A stretch of 61,379 nt of DNA, counting the filler. It is 5 parts of 5 records of this genome, joined end to end, with 100 filler letters (N's around TTAATTAATTAA, not from the genome) between each part and the next. Parts side by side here need not be neighbours in the genome. Positions count along the whole stretch, not along the records: positions 42,160 to 49,333 come from SRR31156797_9796; positions 49,434 to 56,186 come from SRR31156797_9804; positions 56,287 to 61,379 come from SRR31156797_9839; 2 more parts are not named here. One strand, given 5' to 3'. Each line of letters starts with the position of its first letter. Within the stretch, counting starts at the first letter, position 1. Position numbers and translations under genes: made by a program. Shown in pieces: positions 48,881-58,626 of this stretch. The notes beneath the pieces are model-generated. The model did not search any database, was not told the DNA's origin, and saw only the letters and a program-made list of their open reading frames with translations.

Positions 48881-48926
48881 CTGCATTATTTCCATGCAGG
48901 CGACTAGCATGCATCATTTTAATGCA
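48881..48926. promoter_or_regulatory. Tandem palindromes, candidate enhancer-binding-protein sites
   Basis: TGCAT-N7-ATGCA at 48882-48898 and 48910-48926. Confidence 0.6.
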
Positions 48927-49064
48927 AACGCATAAAAAGTATATTTAATTACAATTAGATATACAAACAGCTATTTATCGATTGATTCAAAATGAAGCAT
49001 GGAAATTTTTAGTAAAAACGCTCTCCAATTTCTTATCATACTGAATTAATTCATAATACCCTAT

Positions 49065-49080
49065 TGGCATATGGATTGCT
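49065..49080 (+). promoter_or_regulatory. sigma54 -24/-12 promoter
   Basis: TGGCATATGGATTGCT, close to consensus TGGCAC-N5-TTGCW; faces a gene starting at 49318 (AAGGAG RBS, MKETK, cut by the contig end). Confidence 0.7.
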
Positions 49081-49333
49081 CATCCTCAAGACAAAAGAAC
49101 GAGTCACTTCAAAGAGCGAAACGTGAACGAAAGGCAAATTCAATGATGGGAACAGAATTCATTCTGCTGCTGGGAATAGGTATAATCAGCTATTTTTCGA
49201 TCTGTGAGAGATGTTCAAGTTCAACCCTTCGCAGACAAAAAAAGGACTAAAATGATCTTAGAATTTTTCACCTGTTGTTTCACATCGGACATCAACCCTC
49301 ATGAAAAGGAGAAGAAGATGAAAGAAACCAAAA

Positions 49334-49433
49334 NNNNNNNNNNNNNNNNNNNNNNNNNNNNNNNNNNNNNNNNNNNNTTAATTAATTAANNNNNNNNNNN
49401 NNNNNNNNNNNNNNNNNNNNNNNNNNNNNNNNN
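49334..49433. other. Artificial contig spacer
   Basis: N44-TTAATTAATTAA-N44. Confidence 0.99.
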
Positions 49434-49434
49434 T

Positions 49435-49887
49435 GCAAACTTCTTTGATGAGATGATGAAAGAAGGAATTACAGGTAAAAATGCAGCAACATGGTTAACT
49501 GTTGAGTTACCAGCAAGATTTACTGAAGGTATGTCTTTAGAAAACTCACCAGTAGATGCTAAAAAACTTGCAGGTGTTGTAAAAGCTATCGAAGATGGAA
49601 CTATCTCTGGAAAAGCTGCTAAAGAAGTACTTGATTTCTTAATGGAAAAACCTGAAAGTGAAATTGATGCAGTTATTGATGAACTTGGATTAAAACAAGT
49701 ATCTGATGATGGTGCTATTTTAGAAATCATTGATGGAATATTAGCTGCAAATGAAGATAAAGTAGAGCAGTACAGAGGTGGAAAAGAGAAACTATTTGGA
49801 TTTTTTGTTGGTCAAACAATGAAAGCATCTAAAGGTAGTGCAAATCCACAAAAAGTAAATGAACTTTTAAAACAAAGATTAGGGTAA
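49435..49887 (+). CDS. gatB: Asp/Glu-tRNA amidotransferase subunit B (5' partial)
   Basis: [31 protein letters not shown]. Confidence 0.93.
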   Translation, partial: ANFFDEMMKEGITGKNAATWLTVELPARFTEGMSLENSPVDAKKLAGVVKAIEDGTISGKAAKEVLDFLMEKPESEIDAVIDELGLKQVSDDGAILEIIDGILAANEDKVEQYRGGKEKLFGFFVGQTMKASKGSANPQKVNELLKQRLG

Positions 49888-49890
49888 TAA

Positions 49891-50787
49891 ATGGCTGAAA
49901 AATCTATTGCAGTAATTGGAGCAGGTAAGTGGGGACAAGCTCTTCACTTCGCTCTTAGTCAAAACCAAAAATGCTTAATAACTTCAAGAACAAAAAGAGA
50001 TATTGACAATTTTGTAGATTTACAAACTGCACTAGAGTGTGAATACTTAGTTATTGCTATTCCTGCTCAAGAAGTAAGAGAGTGGTTACAAGAAAACTTT
50101 GTATTCTCTGGGCAAAAAATACTTGTAGCAGCTAAAGGTATTGAAGCTAGTACAGGCGAGTTTTTAAATGAAATCTATGAAGAGTTTGTACCAAGTAAAA
50201 ATATAGGTTTTATCTCTGGTCCATCTTTTGCTAGTGAAGTTATGCAAGCTTTACCAGCGGCTATTGTAATAAACTCAAAATCAAAAAAACTTTATGAAAA
50301 GTTTGCTCCTATGTTCCCAAGATTTTTAAAGACTTATTACTCAGAAGATGTAATAGGTGCTGAAATTTGTGGAGCATATAAAAATGTACTTGCAATAGCA
50401 AGTGGGATTTGCCAAGGCTTAAAACTAGGAAATAATGCTAGAGCTTCACTTATCTCAAGAGGTCTTGTAGAGATGCAAAGATTTGGAAAAGAGTTTGGAG
50501 CTAAAAAAGATAGTTTTTTAGGTCTTAGTGGAGCTGGTGACCTATTTTTAACAGCAAGTAGTGAACTAAGTAGAAACTTCCGTGTAGGTCTTGGTCTTGC
50601 AAGTGGTAAAAGCTTAGAAACTATTTTAGAAGAGCTTGGAGAAGTAGCAGAGGGTGTTAAAACAGCAGAGGCTGTATTTAAACTTTCAAAGAAAAATAAA
50701 ATATATACTCCAATTGCAAATGAGGTAAAACTTATTCTTGATGGTAAGAATCCTCACGAAAGTCTAAAGGACTTATTAAGAAGTTAG
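49891..50787 (+). CDS. gpsA: NAD(P)H-dependent glycerol-3-phosphate dehydrogenase
   Basis: GAGKWG, KGIE, SGPSFA, GAYKNV, GAGDL, SRN, AEGV. Confidence 0.95.
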   Translation: MAEKSIAVIGAGKWGQALHFALSQNQKCLITSRTKRDIDNFVDLQTALECEYLVIAIPAQEVREWLQENFVFSGQKILVAAKGIEASTGEFLNEIYEEFVPSKNIGFISGPSFASEVMQALPAAIVINSKSKKLYEKFAPMFPRFLKTYYSEDVIGAEICGAYKNVLAIASGICQGLKLGNNARASLISRGLVEMQRFGKEFGAKKDSFLGLSGAGDLFLTASSELSRNFRVGLGLASGKSLETILEELGEVAEGVKTAEAVFKLSKKNKIYTPIANEVKLILDGKNPHESLKDLLRS

Positions 50788-50790
50788 AAA

Positions 50791-51486
50791 ATGAGTACAA
50801 TTTCATTTTTTAACTTATCCCTTTCATTTATTCCCTTACTTTTTGTATGGTACTTTTACTATAAGTGGACAAAAGATAAATCTGATATCTTAGTAGCTAG
50901 TATAAGGATGATTATTCAGCTTATAACTATTGGATATCTTCTTGTTTTTATCTTCAAATCAGATGACTTAAAAGTAGGTATATTTATAGTTTTATTTATG
51001 ATTGTAGTTGCTTCTTGGATTACTCTTAGAAATACCAATGATAAAACTTTTAAACACTATTTTCAGATACTTTTAGCAGTAAGTGCTTCAGGTTTAATCA
51101 ATCTTTTCTTAATAGTTGGATTCGTATTAGAGTTAGAAAAATTATACGAACCACGGTATGTAATACCACTTGCAGGAATGGTTTTTGCAAATACTATGAA
51201 TGCTCTTTCTTTGGCTGTTGAACGCTTTGAAAAAGAGATAGAAAGAACAAACTTCATTGAGGCTAGACAAATAGCTTTTAAAGCCTGTATGATACCTCAA
51301 ATAAACTCACTATTAGCAGTTGGATTAGTTGCTCTTCCTGGAATGATGACAGGACAAATCTTATCAGGGGTTGACCCTTTAATTGCTGTTAGATATCAAA
51401 TAATGATTATGGCAATGACACTTTCAAGTGCAGGAATAAGTGCGGTAGTTTATTTTTTATTAAAAGCAAAATTATTTAATAGGTAG
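50791..51486 (+). CDS. UPF0014/FetB-like ABC transporter permease
   Basis: RMIIQL, PRYVIPLAGM..N, VGLVALPGMMTGQILSG.DP..AVRYQI. Confidence 0.9.
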   Translation: MSTISFFNLSLSFIPLLFVWYFYYKWTKDKSDILVASIRMIIQLITIGYLLVFIFKSDDLKVGIFIVLFMIVVASWITLRNTNDKTFKHYFQILLAVSASGLINLFLIVGFVLELEKLYEPRYVIPLAGMVFANTMNALSLAVERFEKEIERTNFIEARQIAFKACMIPQINSLLAVGLVALPGMMTGQILSGVDPLIAVRYQIMIMAMTLSSAGISAVVYFLLKAKLFNR

Positions 51487-53331
51487 TTTTAGTATAAATT
51501 TTGCTCCTAAAGAAGTGTTTATAGCTAAGATTTTACCTTCAAGTTTTTTCTCTGTAATTATTTTTGCAAGTGATAAACCTACACCACTTCCTTGATGCAA
51601 TTTTGTAGTGTAGTTGGAATTAAATATTATTTTTTCGCAATCTAATCCAATTCCAGAGTCTTCAATCTCAATATAAACTAGCTCATCTATTGTTTTGGCT
51701 GAAATATTAATAATTCTTGCTTTATCAAGATTTTTTAGTTCATAAATTGCATTTTCAAGTATTACCATAATAACATTTGATAGAGAACCTCTAAAGGTAT
51801 TAATATCTATATCTTCAAGCTCTTTGTTGACCTTAATATTATATTTTAGTAAATAATCATTTAATAAGTTAATTAAGATATTTAATTGATTGGATAAAGA
51901 AAAACTTTCTTTTCCATTTGGATTCAAAAATAGGGTATCAACACTATGGTTTACTTCATTTATATACTCTAAAGTGCTTTTAATCTTTGGCAGAGTCTCT
52001 TCTACAGTTGAAGTAAGGTTTTTTTTATCAAGCATTGAGGTCGCTTCAATTAAATTAATCTGGCTACCTAATTGAGAGATAGGTCTTTTTATTTGGTGAA
52101 TTATATATGAGATAGTTCTTCCTGCATTTGTAAATCTTGATTGTTCTAGAAGATGCTGCTCTATCTCTTCTTTCTCTTTTTCAACTGTATGCATTTTTGC
52201 ATTAAGAGCTAAAGAGATAAATATAACTTCTAGTAGTAAGCCTATTGGTAGAATTAACCAAGAGTATTGTAGTGCTTCTATTACTCCTATTACTTCTAAT
52301 GTATAGTAAGTGAAACATAAGATATAAATACTTTGTCCTATAAGAAAGTAAATTGAGTAGTTGTTTTGTTTTTTAAATTCAAATATAGAAATTAAAAAGA
52401 TAAAAAGAAATGATAATAAGGAGAATATATCAATTTTTGAAGTTGTATAATGATATGAATTATCATAGAAACCAATACTTAGTAATAAAATAGAAATTAT
52501 TTGAAATAGGATTAATACTCTGATTAACTTGTAAAGTCTAGAATCTTTTTGTTCATTAAAGAATTTAATAATAAATATTAAAAGAAAAACTATATAAAGG
52601 TAAGCAAAATACCATGTTGAAATAGTGATTAAATATAGATTTATACCTAAGTCTAATTGGTAAATAACTCCATTCAATGTCAGAAGGTAAAGACTAGAAA
52701 ATAGAGTGGATAGAACATAAAATAAAAATGCAGTATTTTTTGTAGTTAAGTATAAAACACTATTATAAATTATCAGTGAGATAAAAATACCATATATAAT
52801 ACCCCAAAGCATTGATTCTAAAGTTTCTACTCTAAAAAAATTATGAGGAGTAAAAATCTCCCATTGGTTTGTAATAGCTCCTATACTTTGATATTTTATA
52901 TATATTTCATAAGAAGAGTTTTTTTCAAAATTAAAACTAAAAATACTTTTCCTTGAAAGAACTCTTTTTTCATTATAGGGTCTTAAATCCCCTAATAAAA
53001 AGCTGTCAATAACTTTTTTATCTTTTAGGATATAGACATCAATATAGTCAATACCAGGTCTTAAGTTTCTAAAAAATAGTTCTTGACTTTTACTTGAATT
53101 ATTTACTAAGTTAAATTTTGTCCATATATAGTTTGGTGTTTTTGCAAAGTTAGATTTTTTTGTATTGGAAAATTCTTTTTCTTGTATACTCTTTATGGAT
53201 AAATTTTCAGAAGAAGAGAATACTTTTTTTGTACTTTTATACAAAGTTTTTTCAAAGTCATTATTTATGACAATTGTATCTGAAAAGGAAAACTGAATAA
53301 GACAAGATAGAACTATTATAAATCTAATCAT
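51472..53331 (-). CDS. 7TM-DISM sensor histidine kinase
   Basis: Periplasmic DISMED2-like domain (IWTKF..GD.RP), 7 TM, HQIKRP, ENA, DSGIG, GSGVGL. Confidence 0.88.
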   Translation of the reverse strand: MIRFIIVLSCLIQFSFSDTIVINNDFEKTLYKSTKKVFSSSENLSIKSIQEKEFSNTKKSNFAKTPNYIWTKFNLVNNSSKSQELFFRNLRPGIDYIDVYILKDKKVIDSFLLGDLRPYNEKRVLSRKSIFSFNFEKNSSYEIYIKYQSIGAITNQWEIFTPHNFFRVETLESMLWGIIYGIFISLIIYNSVLYLTTKNTAFLFYVLSTLFSSLYLLTLNGVIYQLDLGINLYLITISTWYFAYLYIVFLLIFIIKFFNEQKDSRLYKLIRVLILFQIISILLLSIGFYDNSYHYTTSKIDIFSLLSFLFIFLISIFEFKKQNNYSIYFLIGQSIYILCFTYYTLEVIGVIEALQYSWLILPIGLLLEVIFISLALNAKMHTVEKEKEEIEQHLLEQSRFTNAGRTISYIIHQIKRPISQLGSQINLIEATSMLDKKNLTSTVEETLPKIKSTLEYINEVNHSVDTLFLNPNGKESFSLSNQLNILINLLNDYLLKYNIKVNKELEDIDINTFRGSLSNVIMVILENAIYELKNLDKARIINISAKTIDELVYIEIEDSGIGLDCEKIIFNSNYTTKLHQGSGVGLSLAKIITEKKLEGKILAINTSLGAKFILKLPIK

Positions 53332-54008
53332 ATATTTATGGAATAACCTAAGTTCCGATGTGCAGTAATCAAGTCAATAGGAAGTTTTTTTCTTAATCTA
53401 TAGATGATATTTTTAACACTATTTTTAGAAACTTCTTCATTTTTATTACTTAGAAAGCTTATGATAGTATCAAACTCTATGATTTGGTTTTTATAATCAC
53501 ATAAAAGTTCAAGTAGTTTTGATTCATAGAGGCTTAACTCTAGCTCATTATTTTCTACTAATAAACATTTTTTCTTTTTACAATAAGTAATCTTTTCTGT
53601 AAGTTTATATTTTAGCCTATTAGTTTTTTCAAGTTTTTTTATTGAGATATTTATTTGTTCTAAGAGTTTATCAAAAGCTATTGGTTTTTCTAAAAAACTT
53701 GTAAGCTCTAAAGGAATACATTTTTGTAGCTTTTCTATATCCATAAAGCTTGATAATATAATTATTGGAATACCGTCTTTTTCTTCTCTTATTTTTTTAC
53801 TTAACTCATAACCATCCATATTAGGCATTACATAGTCACTGATGATTATATCAACTTCGAGTTCTTTGTAGCTTTTTAATGCTTCTACTCCATCATTTGC
53901 TATAAAGACTTGATTAAAGAGTAGGGATAGAGTTTTTTTTAGATTATTTTGTATCTCAATATCATCTTCAACAATTAAAATATTTAAATATTTCGTAATC
54001 TCTTTCAA
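53328..54008 (-). CDS. OmpR-family response regulator
   Basis: ILIVEDD, SDYVMP, KP, IYRLRKK..GY. Confidence 0.92.
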   Translation of the reverse strand: MKEITKYLNILIVEDDIEIQNNLKKTLSLLFNQVFIANDGVEALKSYKELEVDIIISDYVMPNMDGYELSKKIREEKDGIPIIILSSFMDIEKLQKCIPLELTSFLEKPIAFDKLLEQINISIKKLEKTNRLKYKLTEKITYCKKKKCLLVENNELELSLYESKLLELLCDYKNQIIEFDTIISFLSNKNEEVSKNSVKNIIYRLRKKLPIDLITAHRNLGYSINI

Positions 54009-54060
54009 CTCTATCCTTTTTTAGCTGTGAAAATTTATCTTAAATTTAGTAAATACTCTA

Positions 54061-55737
54061 TTAAAACACCCACCCAGCTTGAAGTAGGAATCTATTAGAG
54101 TAGTCTCTTTGAGAAGTAACATCATGCTTGATATTCTGAGCTAAATGAGCATTAACAAACATATCTTTAAATGAACCATAATATCCTAAACCAAATGATT
54201 GTAAAGTTCTAGGAGCATCATTTGTAGTATCTTGACTCATAAATGCTCTACCTACATCATAAAACACAGATACAGAAGAGTTTAACTCTTTATAGTTAGG
54301 AAGCGTATAAAACAGTTCTGTATTAAATATAAATCCATTCTCAGCACTCTCTTCACCATCAGGATAATATTTAACTCCATAAGCTCCACCAAGACTTAAA
54401 TCTTGACTTCCATCTAAGTTTTTATCTCCTAGTGCATATTGAGCTTGGAAAGAGTTTTCCCATCTAATTTTAGGAGTTAATTCAAAGTCTTGACCTAACT
54501 CTAAATTTAACTTTGTAAATCTACCATTTGTATTAGCACCATTTTCATCACTTTTTCTATCTTCATCACTATTAAATTTTAAACTACCAGTTGTTAAAGA
54601 TAATGAAGCTCTTGATTGAGAGTTCTTATTAAATACTATTTTATCTTCAGTATAATCAACACCTACAGTTAATACTTTAGAACTTTTCTTTGTATGTATA
54701 TCTGCTTCTTGAATCTCATCTTTCATCTTATTAAATGAAACTTCTGCAAAAAGATTTATATTTTTAAGTCTAGATCTTATATATGGATACTCTGTTCTAA
54801 AAGTAATAGAATCAGAACTTCCTAATGCATCTAAATTCTCATAAGTACTTCCAAGTTCATAAGTAGTTTTAGAAATACTAACTTCTCCTCTTAGTCCTTT
54901 TTCATTCATTGGAAAGTTATAGGCTACTCTTCCATTAATAAGTCCAATCTCTTCTGATGTAAGACCTGAGAATGTTAGTTTATCTCCTATGTTAAACGGT
55001 GAATTAATATCAGCTCCTGCCATGATTCTATGTTTACCTGTATATTGAGAACCATAATTATCACCTAATACATATCCACTATATTTTTTAGTAGCTTCAG
55101 TTCCAATGATAAAATCACTAGTTCCTACTTCTTTTCCTGGTTTAACTTCTGCTTTATTTACAACAATACCTGGTGTGTCATTAATAATAAGCATAGCTCT
55201 TTCTAAAGTATTTGTAGAAACGATATTTTCATCTTTGATAGCATCTAAATTTCCTTGAACAATTTCATCTTTAACTAATGAATTATTCTCTAAGGTAAAT
55301 GCTCCATAGTTTCCTTCAATTACATTTATTTTTAAAACACCTTCTTGTGAAAAGATATTTTGTTTTGGAATATATGCTCTTGCTACAAAGTATCCTTCTT
55401 GTCTATATGCTTTAGTGATTAAAGTAGCTGCTTCTTGCATATCTTTAAAGCTTAACTCTTTGTTTTCATAAGAAGAGATTAGTTCTTTTAACTTCTCATT
55501 TGAAAGCTTTTTATTTCCTTCTACTTCAATTGTTTTAATTAATACTTTTTTACTATCATCAAACTGTTTTAATGGTTCTTCTACTTTGTTATCTAAAGAA
55601 GGAAGCTCAGCTTCTTTCTCTTTCTTTAGTTTTGGAGGTTGTACTTGTTTTAAGGCATCACCAATGTTTGGAACATTGGCTGCACTTAAAGATAGTGATG
55701 TGATAATTGATAATGCTATAATATTTTTTGTTTTCAT
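54061..55737 (-). CDS. ShlB/FhaC/HecB-family two-partner secretion transporter (TpsB)
   Basis: POTRA (YRQEGYFVARAYIPKQ), DNYGS..TG, LGGAYGVKYY (VRGY-like), terminal Phe. Confidence 0.9.
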   Translation of the reverse strand: MKTKNIIALSIITSLSLSAANVPNIGDALKQVQPPKLKKEKEAELPSLDNKVEEPLKQFDDSKKVLIKTIEVEGNKKLSNEKLKELISSYENKELSFKDMQEAATLITKAYRQEGYFVARAYIPKQNIFSQEGVLKINVIEGNYGAFTLENNSLVKDEIVQGNLDAIKDENIVSTNTLERAMLIINDTPGIVVNKAEVKPGKEVGTSDFIIGTEATKKYSGYVLGDNYGSQYTGKHRIMAGADINSPFNIGDKLTFSGLTSEEIGLINGRVAYNFPMNEKGLRGEVSISKTTYELGSTYENLDALGSSDSITFRTEYPYIRSRLKNINLFAEVSFNKMKDEIQEADIHTKKSSKVLTVGVDYTEDKIVFNKNSQSRASLSLTTGSLKFNSDEDRKSDENGANTNGRFTKLNLELGQDFELTPKIRWENSFQAQYALGDKNLDGSQDLSLGGAYGVKYYPDGEESAENGFIFNTELFYTLPNYKELNSSVSVFYDVGRAFMSQDTTNDAPRTLQSFGLGYYGSFKDMFVNAHLAQNIKHDVTSQRDYSNRFLLQAGWVF

Positions 55738-55747
55738 TCTTACTTTC

Positions 55748-56186
55748 CTATATTTCGTCATCTGCTACATAGAACTCTTGTTCAACACCAGTTGGTAAAG
55801 ATACTCCACCATTTACTAATACAATTTGTGAACTTCTTGATAATGGAACTTTTACATCACCTACTGTTTCACCTGTAACTTCTTGTTGCATCTGTTTTGC
55901 TTCACTAAGTGTTACTCTTTTTGTTGCTTGACCTTCAATTGGTTTTGAAACAATTTGCTTGTTTTCTCCAATAGAAAACTCTGTATTATAATTTATCAAA
56001 TTATTCTTCATGTTAATGCTATTTAGTTTTGGTAATTTAAGATCAATGGCTTTTTTGTTTATAATACTTGTAATTATACTATCTAGATTATATTTTGGAG
56101 TTATTGTTTTTGGAGTTATTGTTTTTGGAGTTGTTTTAATAATGTCATCAATTAGGCCCATTGATAAATAAGTTTTATAATTGAAA
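55748..56186 (-). CDS. C-terminus of a probable TpsA/filamentous haemagglutinin-like exoprotein (5' partial)
   Basis: Frame open to the contig edge; ends IVLVNGGVSLPTGVEQEFYV; 10 nt upstream of tpsB. Confidence 0.65.
56093..56132. repeat. 15-bp in-frame tandem repeat (~2.7 copies, TPKTI)
   Basis: TTTTGGAGTTATTGT twice plus a partial copy. Confidence 0.85.
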
Positions 56187-56286
56187 NNNNNNNNNNNNNN
56201 NNNNNNNNNNNNNNNNNNNNNNNNNNNNNNTTAATTAATTAANNNNNNNNNNNNNNNNNNNNNNNNNNNNNNNNNNNNNNNNNNNN
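56187..56286. other. Artificial contig spacer
   Basis: N44-TTAATTAATTAA-N44. Confidence 0.99.
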
Positions 56287-56470
56287 AATCCCGCACTCCA
56301 CTTACACCAACCGTTAGGCACAAGCTTAAAAAAGACCGTACAACAATGAAAATTTGCTACAAGAAGAATTGAAAAGAATGCCACCGCACAAATAGCACAT
56401 TTGGTTTTTGCCAACACGCAAAAAAGCCAACCCTGAAAAACCAAAAGAGCTATTTCTTGCCATCGCAAGC
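56287..56470 (+). repeat. attC-like right end plus structured GCCA-rich element
   Basis: GTTAGGC (GTTRRRY) at 56313; 20-bp inverted repeat 56390-56409 / 56436-56455 (2 mismatches); four GCCA-(C/A/T)-C units. Confidence 0.5.
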
Positions 56471-56561
56471 ACACAGAAAAACTTGTGATTTATATGTCAT
56501 TTTTTGAGATAGAAGATAATAAATTAATTATTTTTGGTTGTTGAATTTTTAATATTCTACG

Positions 56562-56765
56562 ATGAACAGAATAAAAGAAGTTTTAGAAGAAAAAGGGATT
56601 AAGCAAACTTGGTTGGCAAACAAATTGGGGAAGAGTTACAATATGGTAAATGCTTATTCGCAGAATCGGCAACAACCTAGAATAGAAGTGCTTTATAAAA
56701 TAGCTGAACTACTGAATGTAGATGCTAGAGAGTTACTAATTGAGACTAATACTAAGAATGATTAA
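56562..56765 (+). CDS. XRE HTH, probable R-M controller protein
   Basis: MNRIKEVLEEKGIKQTWLA.KLGKSYNMVN.Y.QNRQQP; overlaps the dcm start. Confidence 0.88.
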   Translation: MNRIKEVLEEKGIKQTWLANKLGKSYNMVNAYSQNRQQPRIEVLYKIAELLNVDARELLIETNTKND

Positions 56766-58110
56766 AGAAAAATTAAAATTTATAGATTTATTTGCAGGAG
56801 TTGGAGGGTTTCATATAGCACTTGAAAAACTTGGGCACGAATGTGTATTTGCAAGCGAAAAAAAAATAAACCTAGCAGAACTATACAAAAAGAATTTCGG
56901 AATTGAAGTAAATAATGATATTACTAAAATTGACGTTTCAGATATCCCAGCCTTTGATATTTTGTGTGCAGGTTTTCCCTGCCAGCCTTTTTCTAAGGCA
57001 GGAAAACAGGATGGACTACAAGATGAACAAAATGGGTCATTATTTGATAAAATAGTGGAAATATTAGAGTTTCATAAACCTAAATACTTTATCCTTGAAA
57101 ATGTAAGAAACCTGATTAACCACGATAAAAAGAATACGTGGTACTACATTAAAGAACAGCTAGAAGACAGGCTTGGTTATGAAATAGATAAACATATTTA
57201 TTCACCGCATAATTTTGGAATTCCTCAGCATAGGGAAAGATTATTTATAGTTGGAGCAAGTGAAGGGCTGGAGCATTTTGAATGGCTTCAGACAACAGAA
57301 GATACAACAAGTATATTTGAATATCTTGACAAAAATCCTTCAAATGCACGAAAGTTAGAGGATGAAAAAATTGCAGTAATAAATTTGTGGCAAGAATTTA
57401 TTTCAAAAATCCCACCTAATGACAAATTACCTAGTTTCCCAATTTGGACAATGGAATTTGGGGCAACTTACCCTTTTGAAGAAAAAACACCTTACGCTTC
57501 ATCATCCAGAGCTTTAGGAAAAACAAAAGGACGATTTGGACGAGAATTAATAGGACTATCCCGTGCAGAAAAATTTGCAAACTTGCCAAGTTATGCAAGA
57601 ACAGAAGAAGATGACTTTCCTTCTTGGAAAAAGAATTACATCCGACAAAACCGTGCTTTTTATGAGAAGTATAAAGATATATTGAAGCCTATTGTAAAAA
57701 GAATAGAAGCACTCAAAATTCCAAGTTGGCAAAAACTGGAATGGAATGTTCAAGGCGGAGAAAGAGACTTGTATAAATATATTATTCAATTCAGAGGTTC
57801 ACGAGTTAGGGTGAAAAAGACTGACTTTTTTCCTTCATTGGTTACTGTAAGCACGCAAATACCAATCATTAGCTGGGAGAAGAGATATATTACACCAGAA
57901 GAAGGAGCAAGAATCCAATCTTTAAACGGTATTGAGTTGCCAGAAAATATCGGAACTTGTTTTTCTGCATTAGGAAATGATTATTTGGGCGTTCCCCTAT
58001 CGGGTCGGGCTTTCCGTTCCAATCTTTTTGCTCGTACCTCACAAAAAGGATTTCCACTGCAATCCCTAACGCGACAAGAACAAATTACTAATTATAAATT
58101 GACAGCATAA
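56758..58110 (+). CDS. dcm: DNA (cytosine-5) methyltransferase with aberrant C-terminus
   Basis: DLFAGVGG, GFPCQPFS, ENV, PQHRER, RYITPEEGARIQ, ALGN; then reads into a repeat element. Confidence 0.92.
   Translation: MIKEKLKFIDLFAGVGGFHIALEKLGHECVFASEKKINLAELYKKNFGIEVNNDITKIDVSDIPAFDILCAGFPCQPFSKAGKQDGLQDEQNGSLFDKIVEILEFHKPKYFILENVRNLINHDKKNTWYYIKEQLEDRLGYEIDKHIYSPHNFGIPQHRERLFIVGASEGLEHFEWLQTTEDTTSIFEYLDKNPSNARKLEDEKIAVINLWQEFISKIPPNDKLPSFPIWTMEFGATYPFEEKTPYASSSRALGKTKGRFGRELIGLSRAEKFANLPSYARTEEDDFPSWKKNYIRQNRAFYEKYKDILKPIVKRIEALKIPSWQKLEWNVQGGERDLYKYIIQFRGSRVRVKKTDFFPSLVTVSTQIPIISWEKRYITPEEGARIQSLNGIELPENIGTCFSALGNDYLGVPLSGRAFRSNLFARTSQKGFPLQSLTRQEQITNYKLTA
57987..58072 (-). ncRNA. Structured Bacteroidota repeat, possibly the Flavo-1 RNA motif
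   Basis: Minus strand GCGTTAGGGATTGCAGTGGAAATCCTTTTTG...CAAAAAGATTGGAACGGAAAGCCCGACC; central hairpin; GCGTT/AACGC ends; GC-rich against AT-rich flanks; family name recalled, not searched. Confidence 0.55.
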
Positions 58111-58113
58111 ATT

Positions 58114-58626
58114 ATGGGAGAATTCAGATATCAATTATTTCCTAGGTCATTTGGAATAACAAAGCAAGTAAAGGAAGCAATTAATTGTTTTGAAAAGAAC
58201 TTTCATTTAATAGATTCTGAAAACTTCAATTATAGTAGTAACGAGGTTTTAGAAATTGTTCGGGATGATTTAGAACAAATTGGGTTCAAAATAGAAAAAA
58301 GCAAAAAGCAAGATGATAAAATAAGAGTTCCTGTTCTGTTTGGTTTAAACAACAAAATTGATAAATTTTTTGATGCCGATGGAATTAGCGAGGATTTATC
58401 AATTGTATTAGAAGTTGAAGCTGGAAGAGCATATCGAAACAATCAGTTTCTTAAAGATATATTTCAAGCGTGTATGATGCCTTCGGTTGAATACCTAATT
58501 CTTACCGTAAGAAATCTTTATCACGGTTCAGATGATTTCCAAAGTATTTTTGCCTTTATTGAAACATTGTATGTAAATGGTAGGTTGAAATTGCCACTGA
58601 AAGGAATAGTATTAATTGGTTATTAG
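58114..58626 (+). CDS. Putative PD-(D/E)XK-type restriction endonuclease
   Basis: FDAD...LEVEAGR catalytic-like pattern; directly follows dcm. Confidence 0.6.
   Translation: MGEFRYQLFPRSFGITKQVKEAINCFEKNFHLIDSENFNYSSNEVLEIVRDDLEQIGFKIEKSKKQDDKIRVPVLFGLNNKIDKFFDADGISEDLSIVLEVEAGRAYRNNQFLKDIFQACMMPSVEYLILTVRNLYHGSDDFQSIFAFIETLYVNGRLKLPLKGIVLIGY

Noticed and set aside
15699-56286. TTAATTAATTAA repeated four times within N runs, and any functional link across these gaps
   Set aside because: Artificial six-frame-stop spacer; composition and gene content change at each one, so the contigs are unrelated
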